This document shows positions 12,923 through 25,366 of a stretch of 64,000 bases of DNA, one piece after another (the first letter of the stretch is position 1; the number at the start of each line of letters is the position of its first letter). This DNA comes from Neophaeotheca triangularis (lineage: Eukaryota). Both the position numbers and the translations under genes were made by a program. Under the pieces are notes generated by a model. It ran no database searches. It had not been told where the DNA came from and worked only from the letters and a program-made list of their open reading frames with translations. The stretch spans positions 496,001 through 560,000 of the forward strand of contig BAAIJX010000002.1 of NCBI GenBank assembly GCA_054600435.1, written 5' to 3'.

Positions 12923-13827
12923 TTAATCGATCTTTTTGTTGTTGTAGCTTCCTTTGAGCTTCCAGAGCTTGAACATCCTTGTCATCACAGTGTCCTATCT
13001 CTCGTCAGCACGACTTCACATCAAAACACCGAGGAGACAATCAAACTCACCATTACCCATCTTGGGAAGAACTGACTGAGAAAATATACCAACCAAGCCT
13101 TGCCTCCAGCCCACACTGTATCTTTGCCCTTGAGAACCTCTTTCACCACAGTCCTCGCATACTCTTCGTTCGGCACACCGTTCGCCTGACTATGCGTCAA
13201 GCGCCCCTCATACTCCTCCCTAAGCGGCAAGTAGATTGAATCTTCCGGCAACTCCCTATGCGTCCTAGCAATATTGCTCTTCACGCCGCCCGTCACGATG
13301 GTGCAGACTCTCACCCCGAAAGGCGCCAACTCCACCCTCAACGTGTTGCTGTAAGCGTGCAACGCCGCTTTGGAGGCGTTGTACACGCTGCCAAAAACGT
13401 AGGGCATAATGGCCGCCAGCGAGCCGATCTGCACGATTGTGCCCTTGGCTGCTATGAGCAAGGGCGCGAAGGTCTGGCACATGGTCATCACGGCGAAGAC
13501 GTTGGTCTCAAAGGTTGTACGAATCTCGTCCAGCTCCACGTCCGTGGCGGGTACTGTGTAATTTCTGCCGGCATTGTTGACGAGGATATCTAGACCGCGA
13601 TTGGAGGTGCGGGTGCGAATTTCTTGGAAACAGGCTTGGATGCTGGATGGGGATGTGACTTCGAGGCTGAGGGTTTCGATTCCAAGCGCTGCCAGGTCGG
13701 TTATTGACGTCGTTTGGCGTGCTGTGGCGAAGACGCGGAAGCTTTGGGAGTGGAATTCGCGTGCCAGGGCATGCCCGATGCCACCAGGGCTGCAGCCTGT
13801 GATCAGGACGGTCTTCTTCTCGGACAT
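12923..13827 (-). CDS. AYR1: Short-chain dehydrogenase, AYR1-like 1-acyl-DHAP reductase
   Basis: TGCSPGGIG, NNAG and YNASK motifs. Intron 13050-12995 (GTGAGT...CTGAC...TAG) adds the last exon DTVMTRMFKLWKLKGSYNNKKID*. Confidence 0.8.
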
Positions 13828-14483
13828 GGTACCTAGGTTTGGCGTGTTTCGGGGGTCTCGCTGGGGGTGGTTATCGCCGTGGAACGCGATGTTCTAAGCC
13901 CTGTCTTCACTTTCGAAAGATGAACCGGCGGGTAAGAGCAGCCGTATGACAGCTCCTCGGGTTACACGACGACTTTGTTGAATAGGCGCTTAGTTCTGCG
14001 GCATGTGTTGTTATCTAGGGGTTTAGTATGAGAACAGAAGCATTGACTACCGCGGCACAAGCCTGTCATCAAGCTTTGGGGAAATGGACTTGAGCCTGCA
14101 GAGGGATAGCTTCGAGGTATTGATTATGAGCTACCACCAGTAACACCGACTACGCGCACATACCTCACAAATACCATTCATACAGCAGTTGTCGTGTACA
14201 CCGGTCATCCGTGGACACTGGACATCTCTGAGGTACCGAGGTGGTAGACCCAAGCTGCCAAAGCTCATGACACTTCAATGGCGCAAACTTTCTTCCCACG
14301 TCTCGTGTCGATCTACCGTAACATGGCGTTCGAATCGAGACTTCCTGCTCGTCGACTGACTTGTTGGCCACCCTAGGCTTCTTGCAATACCACAAAAACC
14401 ATCCAAATCGGACCTGCAGATGGTCTTGGGTTGATACGTGCCATCATACTCTTATCCCGTAAGGATCCGATAGCTCGGGCGAT

Positions 14484-17400
14484 ATGGCTGATGGAGGCAA
14501 TCAGAATCAAAGTGCGCATCCCACAGATGGCGTTCAAGACGGTGAAAAGGAAAATGGGGCGAATCAGGCATCTCAGGGATCATCTGGATCTTCCCAGCAG
14601 AATGCTCCCAAGGACGAGGACAAGAAGCAATCACTCCCCCAAAGGATGAAGGCATTGCAAGCGAAGACCGGACTCGACATGCCAACCATTTTGATGATGT
14701 TCAAAGGCTCTCTACCACCCACGATTGCGATCGCGATGTATCAATCCCAAGCGGTGGCGGACCAATTTACAACATTAGGGTATCTGATAGCCATCGCCTC
14801 GATCCTGGGCTTCTGCATCATGCCAAGAGGAAAGTTCATTCAGACCATGTCTTTGAACATACTCGCCATCTGTTTCGGCGCTGCCATTTCGTTGCTAGCG
14901 CTATGGTCGTCTGTCCAGGCTCGGATCAACACAACAGCGCCGGATGCGCCGCTAGTCGGTTACAACAGCTCGCAGAGTGCCGTCTGTGCCATCTGGCTTT
15001 TCGCTATGGTCTACGCGGTGAACGTCCTGCGATCGGCTAGGCCGCAATTCAACCTGCCTGCTATCATGTTCAGCATCTTCGTCATCGTTTCCATGTCCTA
15101 CGGCCCGCAGTTCCCCATCATGACTCAATGCTTGTCTTTCATGAGGAGGCTTCTCGAAGCCTTTCTAACTGGCCTCGCTCTGGCTACCGCCGTTCATTTC
15201 TTTTTTCTCCCCCTGAGTTCCAGAACTGTGGTATTCAAAGAGGTGGCCGGTTACGTTGGCTGCTTGAAGGGTGTACTCAAGGCGCAATCGAGCTATATGG
15301 AAAGCCTGGAGACGTTGGACCCTTTTCAAGCCACGCGAGATGACTCTATTAGCAACGGAGGGGGCGTGCAGAGGAAGAACAAAAACCAAAAGAAATCCAA
15401 GGGGTCACAGGGGGACAGTCCTCTTTCGAATCCTGCTTCCAAGACCGCAAGGGAGGCTTTCAATCAGCTTCTCGAACTCCACGGCAAACTTCAGGGCGAT
15501 ATCACTCCGGCAAAGCGGGAGTTTGCTATCGGGAAGCTACAAGGCAAGGACATCAGCCAGATATTCAAGCTGCTTCAAGGCATCTTTTTGCCCATATTGG
15601 GGTTGTGTTCAGTGATAGACATCCTCGAGCGTCGATCTGAGGAAGCAGGCTGGGGGAATCGAGAAGACTCTAAAGATCAGCGAGCTTTAAAGGAGAAACA
15701 GGTGGAATCTCTGCATTTCATCATGCGCACATTGCATCAACCCTTTGAAACGATGATCTCGGCTATGGAGGAAGCTTACAGCCACGTCATGATCAGGCTG
15801 GAACTAGCCCCGTCGCCTAAAAAGAAGAAGAAAGGGGATGAAGAAGACGTGCTGAACGGCAATTCCCCTGGTAGCGATGGCTTCAGAGCTGCCTATGATC
15901 AAAAAGTCAACAACTTTTTTGACAGCAAACAGAAGACTTTGAAAGAATGGTGCGATGAGAAGGGTATCGAGTTACCAAAAGACTTCTTCAACTCGTCCTT
16001 TGTCAGGCCTGAACATTGGGACAAGCTGGACAAGGAGAACGAAATACTCAGGGAGCGCAATCAGCAGCAGCTCTTCTTTGTGTTATACATGGAATACTTG
16101 TTGTGTTGCGCCGGCAGAGCGTTACTGAAGCTCGTCGAGTTTGCAGACGAAAATCGAGCCGATATGAAGTCAAGCAAGCTTATCCTCCCAGGCGAAAAAA
16201 CTTCATGGAAATGGCTCAAGGCCATCTTTTGCAAACAAGACAATCCGCAAGCGGACAACTACGCTGGCGACGTTGATTCAGGTGGCGCGAGCTCGCTATA
16301 CCTGGGACAGGAGTTTGGTAAGACGAAGGATCCTGAGCACCTACCGCCAACAGACTTTGGACAACGCATCGGGGATTACATCAGGAAGATTCCCGCATTC
16401 TTCCGCTCCGATCATAGTGCTTTTGGTTTTCGGGTGGCGTGTGCTACCATGTCCGTCGGCATCGTGAACTACTTGCGAAATACGCAGTCGTTCTTCATCC
16501 AGCAAAGTTGGTTCTCAATTGCAGCGCCCTCGGCGTTGATCGCAGATGTCCTAACGTGAAGTTTAGGATTGCTCTGGGCAATGATCATGGTAGCCATTTC
16601 CATGAGTCGCACCGCTGGCCAATCGACATACAACTTCATCTTCCGCATCCTCGGCACGTTCATAGCGATGTGTGCCAGTCTGGTGATATGGTATATCGTC
16701 AACGGTCACGCACCGGGCGTCATAGTGTTCCTTTGGCTCTGGTTGTACGTATCGCTCGACCTCTTCTTCCACCGCGCATGACGTGAGCTACCGAGACTCC
16801 ATAACTTACGCAGTAAGCAGATTTGGCGCCTTCTACGTCGTACTCAAGTACCCAAAGTACATAATCGTCGCCCTACTCAGTCTAGTCACCGCCGTCCTCA
16901 TCATCGGCTACGAGCTCCAGGTCGATGTCCTGGGCGTAGAGGTTTCGGAATCTAACGGTCAACCGGTCTACCCGACTTATCTCCTTGCTCCATACCGTTT
17001 GGCCACTGTGACTGGCGGAATCCTCGTCGCCTGGGTCTGGACAATCTTCCCTTACCCGATCAGCGAATCGACCGAATTGCGCAAAGACGTCGGCGCCTCC
17101 CTGTACATGCTGGCAAATCTCTACTCGATCGTGCACGAAACCGTGCAGGCCAGGGTTCGGGGTATGGACGGCGCTCCCTCCTTCAAAGGCACGCATGCAT
17201 ACCAGCTCGAAAAGGCCCGGAGCAAAGTCTTCTCGAAACTACTCCCGCTCATTCAGGAGATGAAGACCAACTCTCAATTTTCCATCTTCCAGCTACGAGT
17301 TGGTGGCCGCTTTCCCAAAGAGGAGTACGAAGCCATCATCGAAATCATCAGGCGAGTACTCAATTACACCGCGCTCATCTCCTATGCTTCGAACAGTTTC

Positions 17401-17891
17401 TCCACCCAAGGCGACCATTCCGAGGAACGCTCGACGTGGTCTGCGGATTTCCGTAAGCTCGCACAAGAAGTAAACCCGACTTCGCATCGCATCACGTCGC
17501 ACCTGTCCTTGCTGTCTTCGAGCATAAGCAACGGGCAGCCTCTGCCGCCGTACATGCAGATGCCCAAAGCTTTTGCATTCGTCAAGGAGCTTGAGTCGAT
17601 GGACCGCGATATTTTGAGCGTGAGGCACATTGCGGAGCCCGAGTATAGCGCTTTTGCCGTGATACAGATTTGCGCGCAGTGTTTGACGGCGGACATTGAC
17701 AAATTGACAGAGTAGGTTTTTACGCTCATGGTTCACCTTTTGTGGTTGGTGTCGCTAACTTTGTTTACTACTGCAGGCATGTTAAGACGCTTGTAGGGGA
17801 AATGGATTTCTCTTTTCATGCGGTTTCTACTAGAGATGGTGCGTCGGATACGTCGTCAACAGACTCGCTCGAAAAGGGTAAGGTTGAATAG
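14484..17891 (+). CDS. Large multi-pass membrane protein, ArAE/FUSC-like (fungal aromatic acid exporter/Bre4-related) family
   Basis: Exons 14484-16506, 16567-16744, 16821-17711, 17777-17891. Two hydrophobic TM blocks separated by a long soluble region. DPEHLPP and FGFRVACAT motifs. Confidence 0.8.
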
Positions 17892-18189
17892 TGGGCTAGT
17901 AGCTAACGCTTCACCTACCGTTACGTTCTCGACTGCATGCATACTTCGTCTTTCTCGTTTTCACACCCCAGCTCTTCTGAGCCATGTTCAGACTGTTAGC
18001 TCGAAGGCAGAGTGCGATCTGAGCAGTGCACGATCCAGGATATGCAGGTGGTGCAAATATTACTCCGGTCCCGTTTGGGTCGCTTCTCTCCGAGAGACCA
18101 GACGGACAACTAGCTTGCAAGTGAATGCTGTTTCCATTGCGGCAGGCGATTCAGAGATCAAACACCTCGGCCTGGCGTTGAATGATCTT

Positions 18190-18972
18190 TCACTTCGGCT
18201 GCAAAGCGTACATTCTTACAGGGTACAGATCCTTGGGGAAGCCTTTCTGCAACTCGGTAGCGACCAGCTTCAACCCAGCTTGTCCGAAAAGCTTGCGGAA
18301 CTTCTCGTCGGTTCTCGTGACACTACTGTCGGTCTCGTCGTAAACATCCTCACCCCTGTAGTTGTTGCTGAGGTTTTCCTTGACCACGATCCAACCGCCC
18401 TCGCTCAGCACCTGGGGCAGGCGTTGCAGGTACGCCACGAACTGCGCATCGGTGAGCTGGCCCACGCACCATTGGTTCCATATCAGATCGTACGGCCCAT
18501 GGCCATCGCGATCCGGATGCCAGGCCTCCAGGCCAACGTTGTAGATGTCTCCCACCTCGCCGTTGTCGACTTTGATTTGGTCGGTGAAGGCTTTGACAGG
18601 CTCGACAATATCCACGACTTGTGCGACGTTGCTCAAAAAGCCTGTGGTGATTCTGCCGATGCCCGCGCCGCAGTCGGCAGCTCTACGCAGCGGTTTGCCG
18701 GAGGGGTGGGTTTTGGAAGCTCGGCGGAGTTTAGCGAGGAAGTTGTTGGAGGTTTGGAGGTCTACGCGCGAGACTTGCGGGTAGCCGCCGAGCATGCCTG
18801 TCACGCTGGCCTCGGTGGAGGACCAGTACTTGATGGCTTCGCCATGGTTGATGTACGAGTCTGGCGCGGCGGGTTGGGGTTGTTTGGTGGGTTGCTCGGT
18901 GCGGACTCGTTTGGCTGCTTCCTCGCCGTCAAGGGCTGGTGAGTCACTTTTGCGCTTAGGGGAGTTTGCCAT
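18190..18972 (-). CDS. TAE1: Alpha-N-terminal protein methyltransferase 1
   Basis: GMLGGY, DCGAGIGRIT, YDLIWNQWCVGQLTD, VKEN, DSSVTR and PVRMYAL motifs. First ATG at 18972 (MANSPKRK). Confidence 0.93.
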   Translation of the reverse strand: MANSPKRKSDSPALDGEEAAKRVRTEQPTKQPQPAAPDSYINHGEAIKYWSSTEASVTGMLGGYPQVSRVDLQTSNNFLAKLRRASKTHPSGKPLRRAADCGAGIGRITTGFLSNVAQVVDIVEPVKAFTDQIKVDNGEVGDIYNVGLEAWHPDRDGHGPYDLIWNQWCVGQLTDAQFVAYLQRLPQVLSEGGWIVVKENLSNNYRGEDVYDETDSSVTRTDEKFRKLFGQAGLKLVATELQKGFPKDLYPVRMYALQPK

Positions 18973-19316
18973 GGTGTGCGTTGTTGCCGATTGTGTGGCC
19001 AGATGTTTGGTGTTTGAGTGGTGAGCACTCGCTGTCTGCTCCAAAAAGCGTCGTCGCGTAAACCTGCTAAATGTGGAATTGTGTTTTCTCGTGTCGAGGG
19101 GCACGGCGGGGTCCACTCCACCCGTGCCGACCCCCTTGAACGTGGCCAGCTCTGCCCAATACTTTTAGGTACAGATTAACAGGACCCTGGAGGTAGGTAA
19201 ACCGTACCTAAAGACGAGACCAACAGCAGCACATGCAACCAAGCTCGCTACTGGGGTGCTGCAGTTACCGGATGCCTTGCTGATAAGCTCGAGAGGTAGG
19301 TCGGTTCTGTTCCATC

Positions 19317-21044
19317 ATGTCCCTCAGGGCACTGTTCCCTCGATCCTCTTGCATCCCTCTCCTTCGTCCAGCTTTCTCCCCTGCCCCCTTCGTCAACCGG
19401 AGAAGGTTCGCCTCGTCGATGTCAAACATGTCGGACCTATCAATCGAGCTCACAACCCCCAACGGAAAGACCTACACCCAGCCCACCGGCCTCTTCATCA
19501 ACAATGAGTGGGTAGCCAGCAGCAAAGGCCAGAAAATCACATCCATCAACCCCTCGGACGAAAGCGAAATTACGTCTGCCCATGCTGCGGAGCCGGAAGA
19601 CGTAGACAAAGCCGTCGAAGCCGCCAGGAAGGCGTTCAAGGGGCCATGGAGGGACATGGCGAGCAACGAGCGCGGTGAGTTGATGTACAAGCTGGCCGAG
19701 CTGGTGAACAAGCACAAGGAAGTTTTGGCCAGCATTGAGACGTGGGACAACGGCAAGCCGTACTCTGTCGCGCTGAATGAGGATCTCGCAGAGGTCACTG
19801 GAACGCTGAAGTACTATGCTGGATATGCCGACAAGATTCATGGTCAGGTCATCGATACTAGCCCAGCGAAGTTGGCCTACACAATCCGGGAGCCGCTGGG
19901 TGTGTGTGGCCAGATAATACCTTGGTGAGTTTCACAAAGATGGGTTGGATCATGGACATTTGCTGACGGCCTACCAGGAACTACCCTCTCGTGCGTTGAT
20001 AGCTTTCTCGCTGACTACCAAACGATCTCCGACTAACCCGGCACCTAGAGCATGGCAGCATGGAAGCTAGGTCCAGCAATAGCAAGCGGCAACTGCGTGA
20101 TCCTCAAACCTGCAGAACAAACCCCCCTCTCCATCCTCTACTTCGCAAACCTGATCAGAGAAGCTGGTTTTCCTCCCGGCGTCATCAACATCCTCAACGG
20201 CCAAGGTAGAATCACTGGAGCAGCAATGGCCCAACACCCAGGCATCGACAAAATCGCCTTTACAGGCTCCACTACTACAGGCAAAGAGATTATGAAAATG
20301 GCGTCTACAACCATGAAAAACATCACCCTCGAAACCGGCGGCAAGTCACCGCTACTCGTCTTCGACGACGCCGATCTCGATCAGGCCGTCAAGTGGTCCC
20401 ACGTCGGCATCATGAGCAACATGGGCCAAATCTGCACCGCGACTTCTCGCATTCTGGTTCAAGAAGGCATCTATGACAAGTTCGTCGAGGCTTTCAAGCA
20501 GCAAGTCAAAACTACCAGCATCGTCGGTGATCCATACCAAGACAACACTTTCCAAGGCCCGCAGGTTACGAAACAGCAATACGATCGCGTGCTGAGCTAC
20601 ATCGAAACCGGCAAGTCTGAAGGCGCGACACTAGCCCTCGGCGGGCACGCGGACAAGGACGTCGCCGGGGGCAAGGGATTCTTCATCTCGCCCACAGTCT
20701 TCACGGACGTCACGCCTGAGATGCGTATCTTCCGCGAAGAGGTATTTGGCCCTTTCGCTGTTGTCTCGACTTTCAAGACCGAGGAGGAGGCCCTGGAGCG
20801 CGCAAACGACACAATGTACGGGCTGGGTTCTGCTGTATTCACACAGGACATTGTCAAGGCACATCGGGTGGCTAGGAAGATTGAGGCGGGCATGGTGTGG
20901 ATTAATAGCAGTCAAGATAGCCATTGGTCGATACCTTTCGGAGGTGTCAAGCAGTCTGGAATTGGCAGAGAGTTGGGTGAGGCTGGGCTGGCAGCTTATA
21001 CGAATCAAAAGGCTGTTCACGTGAACATGGGCACTAAGTTGTAG
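19317..21044 (+). CDS. NAD(P)-dependent aldehyde dehydrogenase with N-terminal mitochondrial presequence
   Basis: Exons 19317-19924, 19978-19990 (13-nt micro-exon), 20049-21044 restore IIPWNYPL. Motifs FTGST, LETGGKSP, GQICTA, EEVFGP, PFGGVKQSGIGRELG. Confidence 0.95.
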
Positions 21045-21163
21045 ATTGATCGTTGACAAGAGTCAATCGAAATAGCTTTCTCCGCCTTTCCTCCCTTGGC
21101 TGCTGCTTTCCTTCCGCTAGGTATCAAACGCATCTCACACCGCCTCTCACGAATCAAGCTCCC

Positions 21164-21827
21164 TCAGTCGTCCTTGATCGGGTTGTCGTCCTCTGTGCCA
21201 ACGTTAGCCGCCAGCACGATGCACTCAGACAACAAGATCTTCCAACACAAAGTTCAGACTTACCATTCAAGATACCCTCCTTGACGAGCTCCCCCGGCTT
21301 CGGTCGTTCCTGCAACTTCTTCTCCAGGCTATCAGCCCGCATATGCTTCTCGAGATCCTTCTGCTGTCCCTGAATCGCCGGGGCAGCCTTGCTGTCGGCA
21401 AGAATGTTGCCTAGTATCCGGCGTTAGCCCACGCCCCAAAACACCGCCGGACAAGAAGGGGAAGCCAACTCACGCTCAACAAGCTCATCCTTCTCCGGCC
21501 GCTTGGCCAATCCCTAAGAACACCGAGACATCAGCGCCAATGCTCCCTCCTAGCCACTTGCAACACCCCATGTTTCCTGCTCTCTGAGCTCGATCTCACC
21601 TTCTTCAGGTTGTCACTGATCCGCTGCCTCTCCAACTCAGCCTGTCGAGCCTGCAGCGCCGGCGCCGTCGTGGTGTCGAGCAGGATGTGGCGGTCCTTGA
21701 GGTCTTTCTGGTCGGGACGGTTTTGAAGGTGCTTCTCCAGGGAGTCGCGGCGCTCGAGGGAGGGAATGGGCGAGGCATCGACGACGCCGGCCTGGGCGGT
21801 TGCGTCGTTGGTGGTGCTGTCTGTCAT
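21164..21827 (-). CDS. Small RPEL-repeat protein (147 aa, 3 RPEL repeats)
   Basis: Exons 21827-21600, 21513-21474, 21410-21264, 21192-21164. Repeats LEKHLQNRPDQKDLKDRHIL, LKKGLAKRPEKDELVERNIL, LEKKLQERPKPGELVKEGIL. Confidence 0.92.
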
Positions 21828-22682
21828 GGCGGTGTGCTGGGCCGTTGTGGTTGGCTGGTGATTTGGATGGGGTTGCAGTGACAAGAGGACTTGTGGAGTG
21901 TTGGTTTGTGTTGTGAATGGAATCCTACGTTTGCTGTTTCTATAAGACTCAAATACTGTACCTAGGCTTGGAAGATGGCCCGCCCAGTGCTGGAAGGAAT
22001 GTGACGTCTGGGTGCTTGGGATGCAACTTCCAAGGCTTCGAACCAGTCTCGCCCTGCTTTTGCGTAGACCACCTGCAGCTTGACGGGGGGTAGGCACGTG
22101 AAAGCTGAAGGTGTACTTTGTACATGTACTGTAGGTAGGTACTGTAGGGATCTCCTCGTGAGGGGAGCTCGAGGGAGCTGTCCCAATCCGGGTTGCATCG
22201 TGGAGCTATGCTGCGCCTCACCATGTAGTTACCTCCCACGCTAGAGTGCTCAACACCAAGATGCTGTACCTTGTGATGTAGCTCCACGGCGGCAATACAG
22301 GCCACACGGGCGGTTAGCGCCATGTCTCATCGATATAGCTCCTAGGTTATGAACATTCTGACAGCGTCACTTCGACTAGGTAGTCATTGATGAATCAGGA
22401 TGAATCTAGTGCCAATGAAAGTGAGAGTGATCAACGTCAAGCCTCGAAAAAACGAGCATTATGCATTAAGCTCCGTATTGCTACAAGGCCGCCAACCTCG
22501 AAAAGGTCGACAGTGTCATCGCCAGAAAGGTATCATTTGCACTCTCTCCGGTAGGATGCAATCTTCTCGTACCGCCACCCCCTTTCACGTCAACTACTTT
22601 CAGCCTTCTCCAGTCACAGTTTCCTGCAGCTCCCCCTCATCCCCTACGCTTTCGTCTGGTTTGTGGTACTCGGCGAGAGCAT

Positions 22683-23913
22683 TTACGCACCCTCGTCGTC
22701 GTCACCAACGCGGATCTGGCCCTCGGAAGAGAGACCCTGGCTCCAGAAGCCGTTCAGCTCGACGTTGGTCTCGGGCATGCTGATGTGCGTGAACAAGAGC
22801 CAGGCACCGAAGATGGGCTTGGCCAAGATGTCGAGAACCTGATTAAATGATCAGCAGCCATTCAGCGAGAGCGTTAGGTAATAAATATGACTTACAGCAT
22901 AGGCAATGATCTCCTCGTCAACGTTCATGTTGCGGGAGCCGTCAGCGATACCCCAGATGATGGGGTAGACGGTCCAGATGATGAGGGTGAAACCACCGAT
23001 GGCAGCGAAGAAGTTGCCGACCTTGCCGCCCTTGTTCATGGCCATGCTGCGGCCGTGGTAGGCGAGCTGCCAGATGACGACGAGGTAGGCAATGCAGGCA
23101 ATGGCGTACCAGCCCCACTTCTGGGGGGTACCCTCAGCACCGAAGGCAGCGAAGAGACCAGTGAGGATCATGACAACGTCGGCAATAATGGCCATCAAGA
23201 TGGAGCCACCGTTCATGCCGGCAAGGAGGCACAGGTCGAGGAGCAAGAGAGGGGTGGTGAAGGCCCAGTCGACGTAACGGCCCCAGTAAACCTGGCGGTA
23301 GATGTCGTGCTCGGTGTCGGGAACGTGCTTGTGCGACTCACGCTCAACGACGTGGTGGTAGCCGATACCGTGGCCGCTGGCCATGGCGAAGTAGGACAGG
23401 GACGCGGTGATGGTGATGAGGGTGGTCACGATGTGGTATAGGCGCTTGTTCTGCACATGTTATTAGCACCAGGCCGGGCGTTTAGGGCTCCATGTGTTAT
23501 GGTACTTACCATCGGGACGTTCCAGGACATGCCTGTGAAGATGATGGAGGCAACCAACATGACAACGAAGACGACCCTGATGCATTGTTAGTCTTGTCCG
23601 GATGATGGTAGTTTGCATTCGCGCTGCTCGCCATCAGCAGCAACAAGTTCAGCTTTGGCGTGGCTCGAGCTGACAGAGCTTCAAACAGCTGTGAAAACTC
23701 GCCAACAGCACGGATCTGAGGCCGTCGAAGAGACGACCGAAGCTTCACTGCTGCCTCAAAGATGGTATTGGAGCTCGTGTGCGCTTACCAGAGGGTCCTG
23801 TTGCCAACGTCGCTGGCATCCTGGTACTCGGGGAGCGATGGCACCACGGTGGGCACAGGGGAGACGGTCGAGGATGGCTTGGCCATGAGGGCTTCGACGG
23901 GGTCGACGATCAT
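22683..23913 (-). CDS. Microbial (type I) rhodopsin, Leptosphaeria-rhodopsin/NOP-1-like, 300 aa
   Basis: Exons 23913-23789, 23576-23510, 23450-22896, 22838-22683. Helix C RYVDWAFTTPLLLLDL, helix F WTVYPIIW, helix G VLDILAKPIFG with the Schiff-base Lys. Confidence 0.95.
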
Positions 23914-23986
23914 CTTGACGGATGAGATTGTGTGTTTTGAGAGATGGGAAATGTTGCTCGTCGCAGATGGAGAGATGAGCAGGAAG

Positions 23987-24004
23987 AAAGAGAGAGAGAG
24001 AGAG
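23987..24004. repeat. (GA)n/(CT)n tract in the opsin 5' leader
   Basis: aaagagagagagagagag read directly. Confidence 0.75.
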
Positions 24005-24260
24005 GGAGGAAGGTGAAAGAGAAATACAAGAGCGAAGAGGTGGTAGGTAAGGTAGGGACTGGGCAGGCAAGCAGGCAGAAGGAAGGTAAAAGCGGGGATG
24101 GAGCAGGCTCGCGATTCAGCCCGTGCGTCGGACGGGTACAACGTCACTTGCACCTTGAAATCGGCCAATCGACCACTGGCACTAGCCAGTCTAAGCCAGT
24201 CACCCACGCCCATGCTCTTGCTTGGCGATGAGGCGCGAGCTACCCGGTCATTTCGAGAAT

Positions 24261-24333
24261 GTTATTGTTATTATTGAGGATTTTATTATTATTATTATTA
24301 TTATTATTATCATCATTACGGTATCATCATTAT
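24261..24333. repeat. Imperfect (ATT)n/(ATC)n microsatellite upstream of the opsin gene
   Basis: gttattgttattattgaggattttattattattattattattattattatcatcattacggtatcatcattat. Confidence 0.9.
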
Positions 24334-25366
24334 TGCTGTGGCTGAAGAGAGCTACCCTATCGTTTAGGTACCTCCCCTCCACCAAGGTGCACGCCTCGCG
24401 ATCGTCCCTAACTACCATCGCTCCAGACGAGAAGTCCCCAGTTCTGACAAGGTACATGTGACATGTCGACCTGTCTACCTATTCATTATTGCCCTGCTTC
24501 ATTAATGATTAATAGCCTTTAGCCGACCAAGCCGACCTCAGTCCTCACACCCTGCATCAAAGCGTAGGTTGCCTATCAATCGAAAACCAAGCCTACCTGC
24601 TGCCGCTGCGGCGTGCAAACTGCCCGGGCGTTTATAATTCCCCGCGGTACTCCCTCGTCACTCCACCCAGACGAAACGGCTGCCGTCTGCGGCGCGATGA
24701 TGTCTGCGTCAGGTGAAATAATGTCTCCCAAACAAGAAATCGAGCTGGCAAGCGGCGAGCGGGAAGCCACATGATGCTCTAGCAGTCAAGCCTCATCAAG
24801 TGACATATATGGGCCCGTTCACGCTCCGCGCCCACCTCTACCTAACCTTTAAGTTTTAACGCTTATCGCGCTCTACCTAGATCAATGTTGTGCCCGCAGC
24901 CATCCGGAAGTTTGCCCTAGCAACCATCATCGATCGGTCGACGCAATTTACAATAATACCTATTGTTACTACTTGTACCGTATTACCTTGCTGCTGCTGT
25001 TGCCATCCATGTTGCTGTAATGAAGAACACGAATGGGAATCGTCAACTACCTAGGTACCTACCTCCAATGGCCATGATCCCTCAGCGCTATCATCTATCG
25101 TGTCCGCAGATATCGCGACGGGTGTTCGCTTGCAGTTCAAGGTTTCAATGCAATATAGCGCCCCGCTCCGCGGCTTCCGACACCTCTTTATCAGGAATGC
25201 TGAAAAAGCATGCACGCCCGGTATCAATGTGATTCAACTCACGTAGCTGATGCTAATATTGCGAAACGACCTGACTCAACAATGGAATGGAATGTTTGCT
25301 GTTACAGCCCAACGATAAGTAGGGTCTCGTGATAAACGTATTCTTCCCTTTGCTATCCCAGCGGCC

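Noticed and set aside
17818..18942. 374-aa + strand ORF
   Set aside because: Antisense shadow of the NTM1/TAE1 gene plus an off-frame overlap with the last exon of the membrane protein. No motifs.
13021..23913. SDR + ALDH + opsin as a retinal/carotenoid cluster
   Set aside because: No phytoene synthase/cyclase, desaturase or carotenoid oxygenase. The ALDH and AYR1-like SDR look like ordinary housekeeping enzymes with unrelated genes between them.
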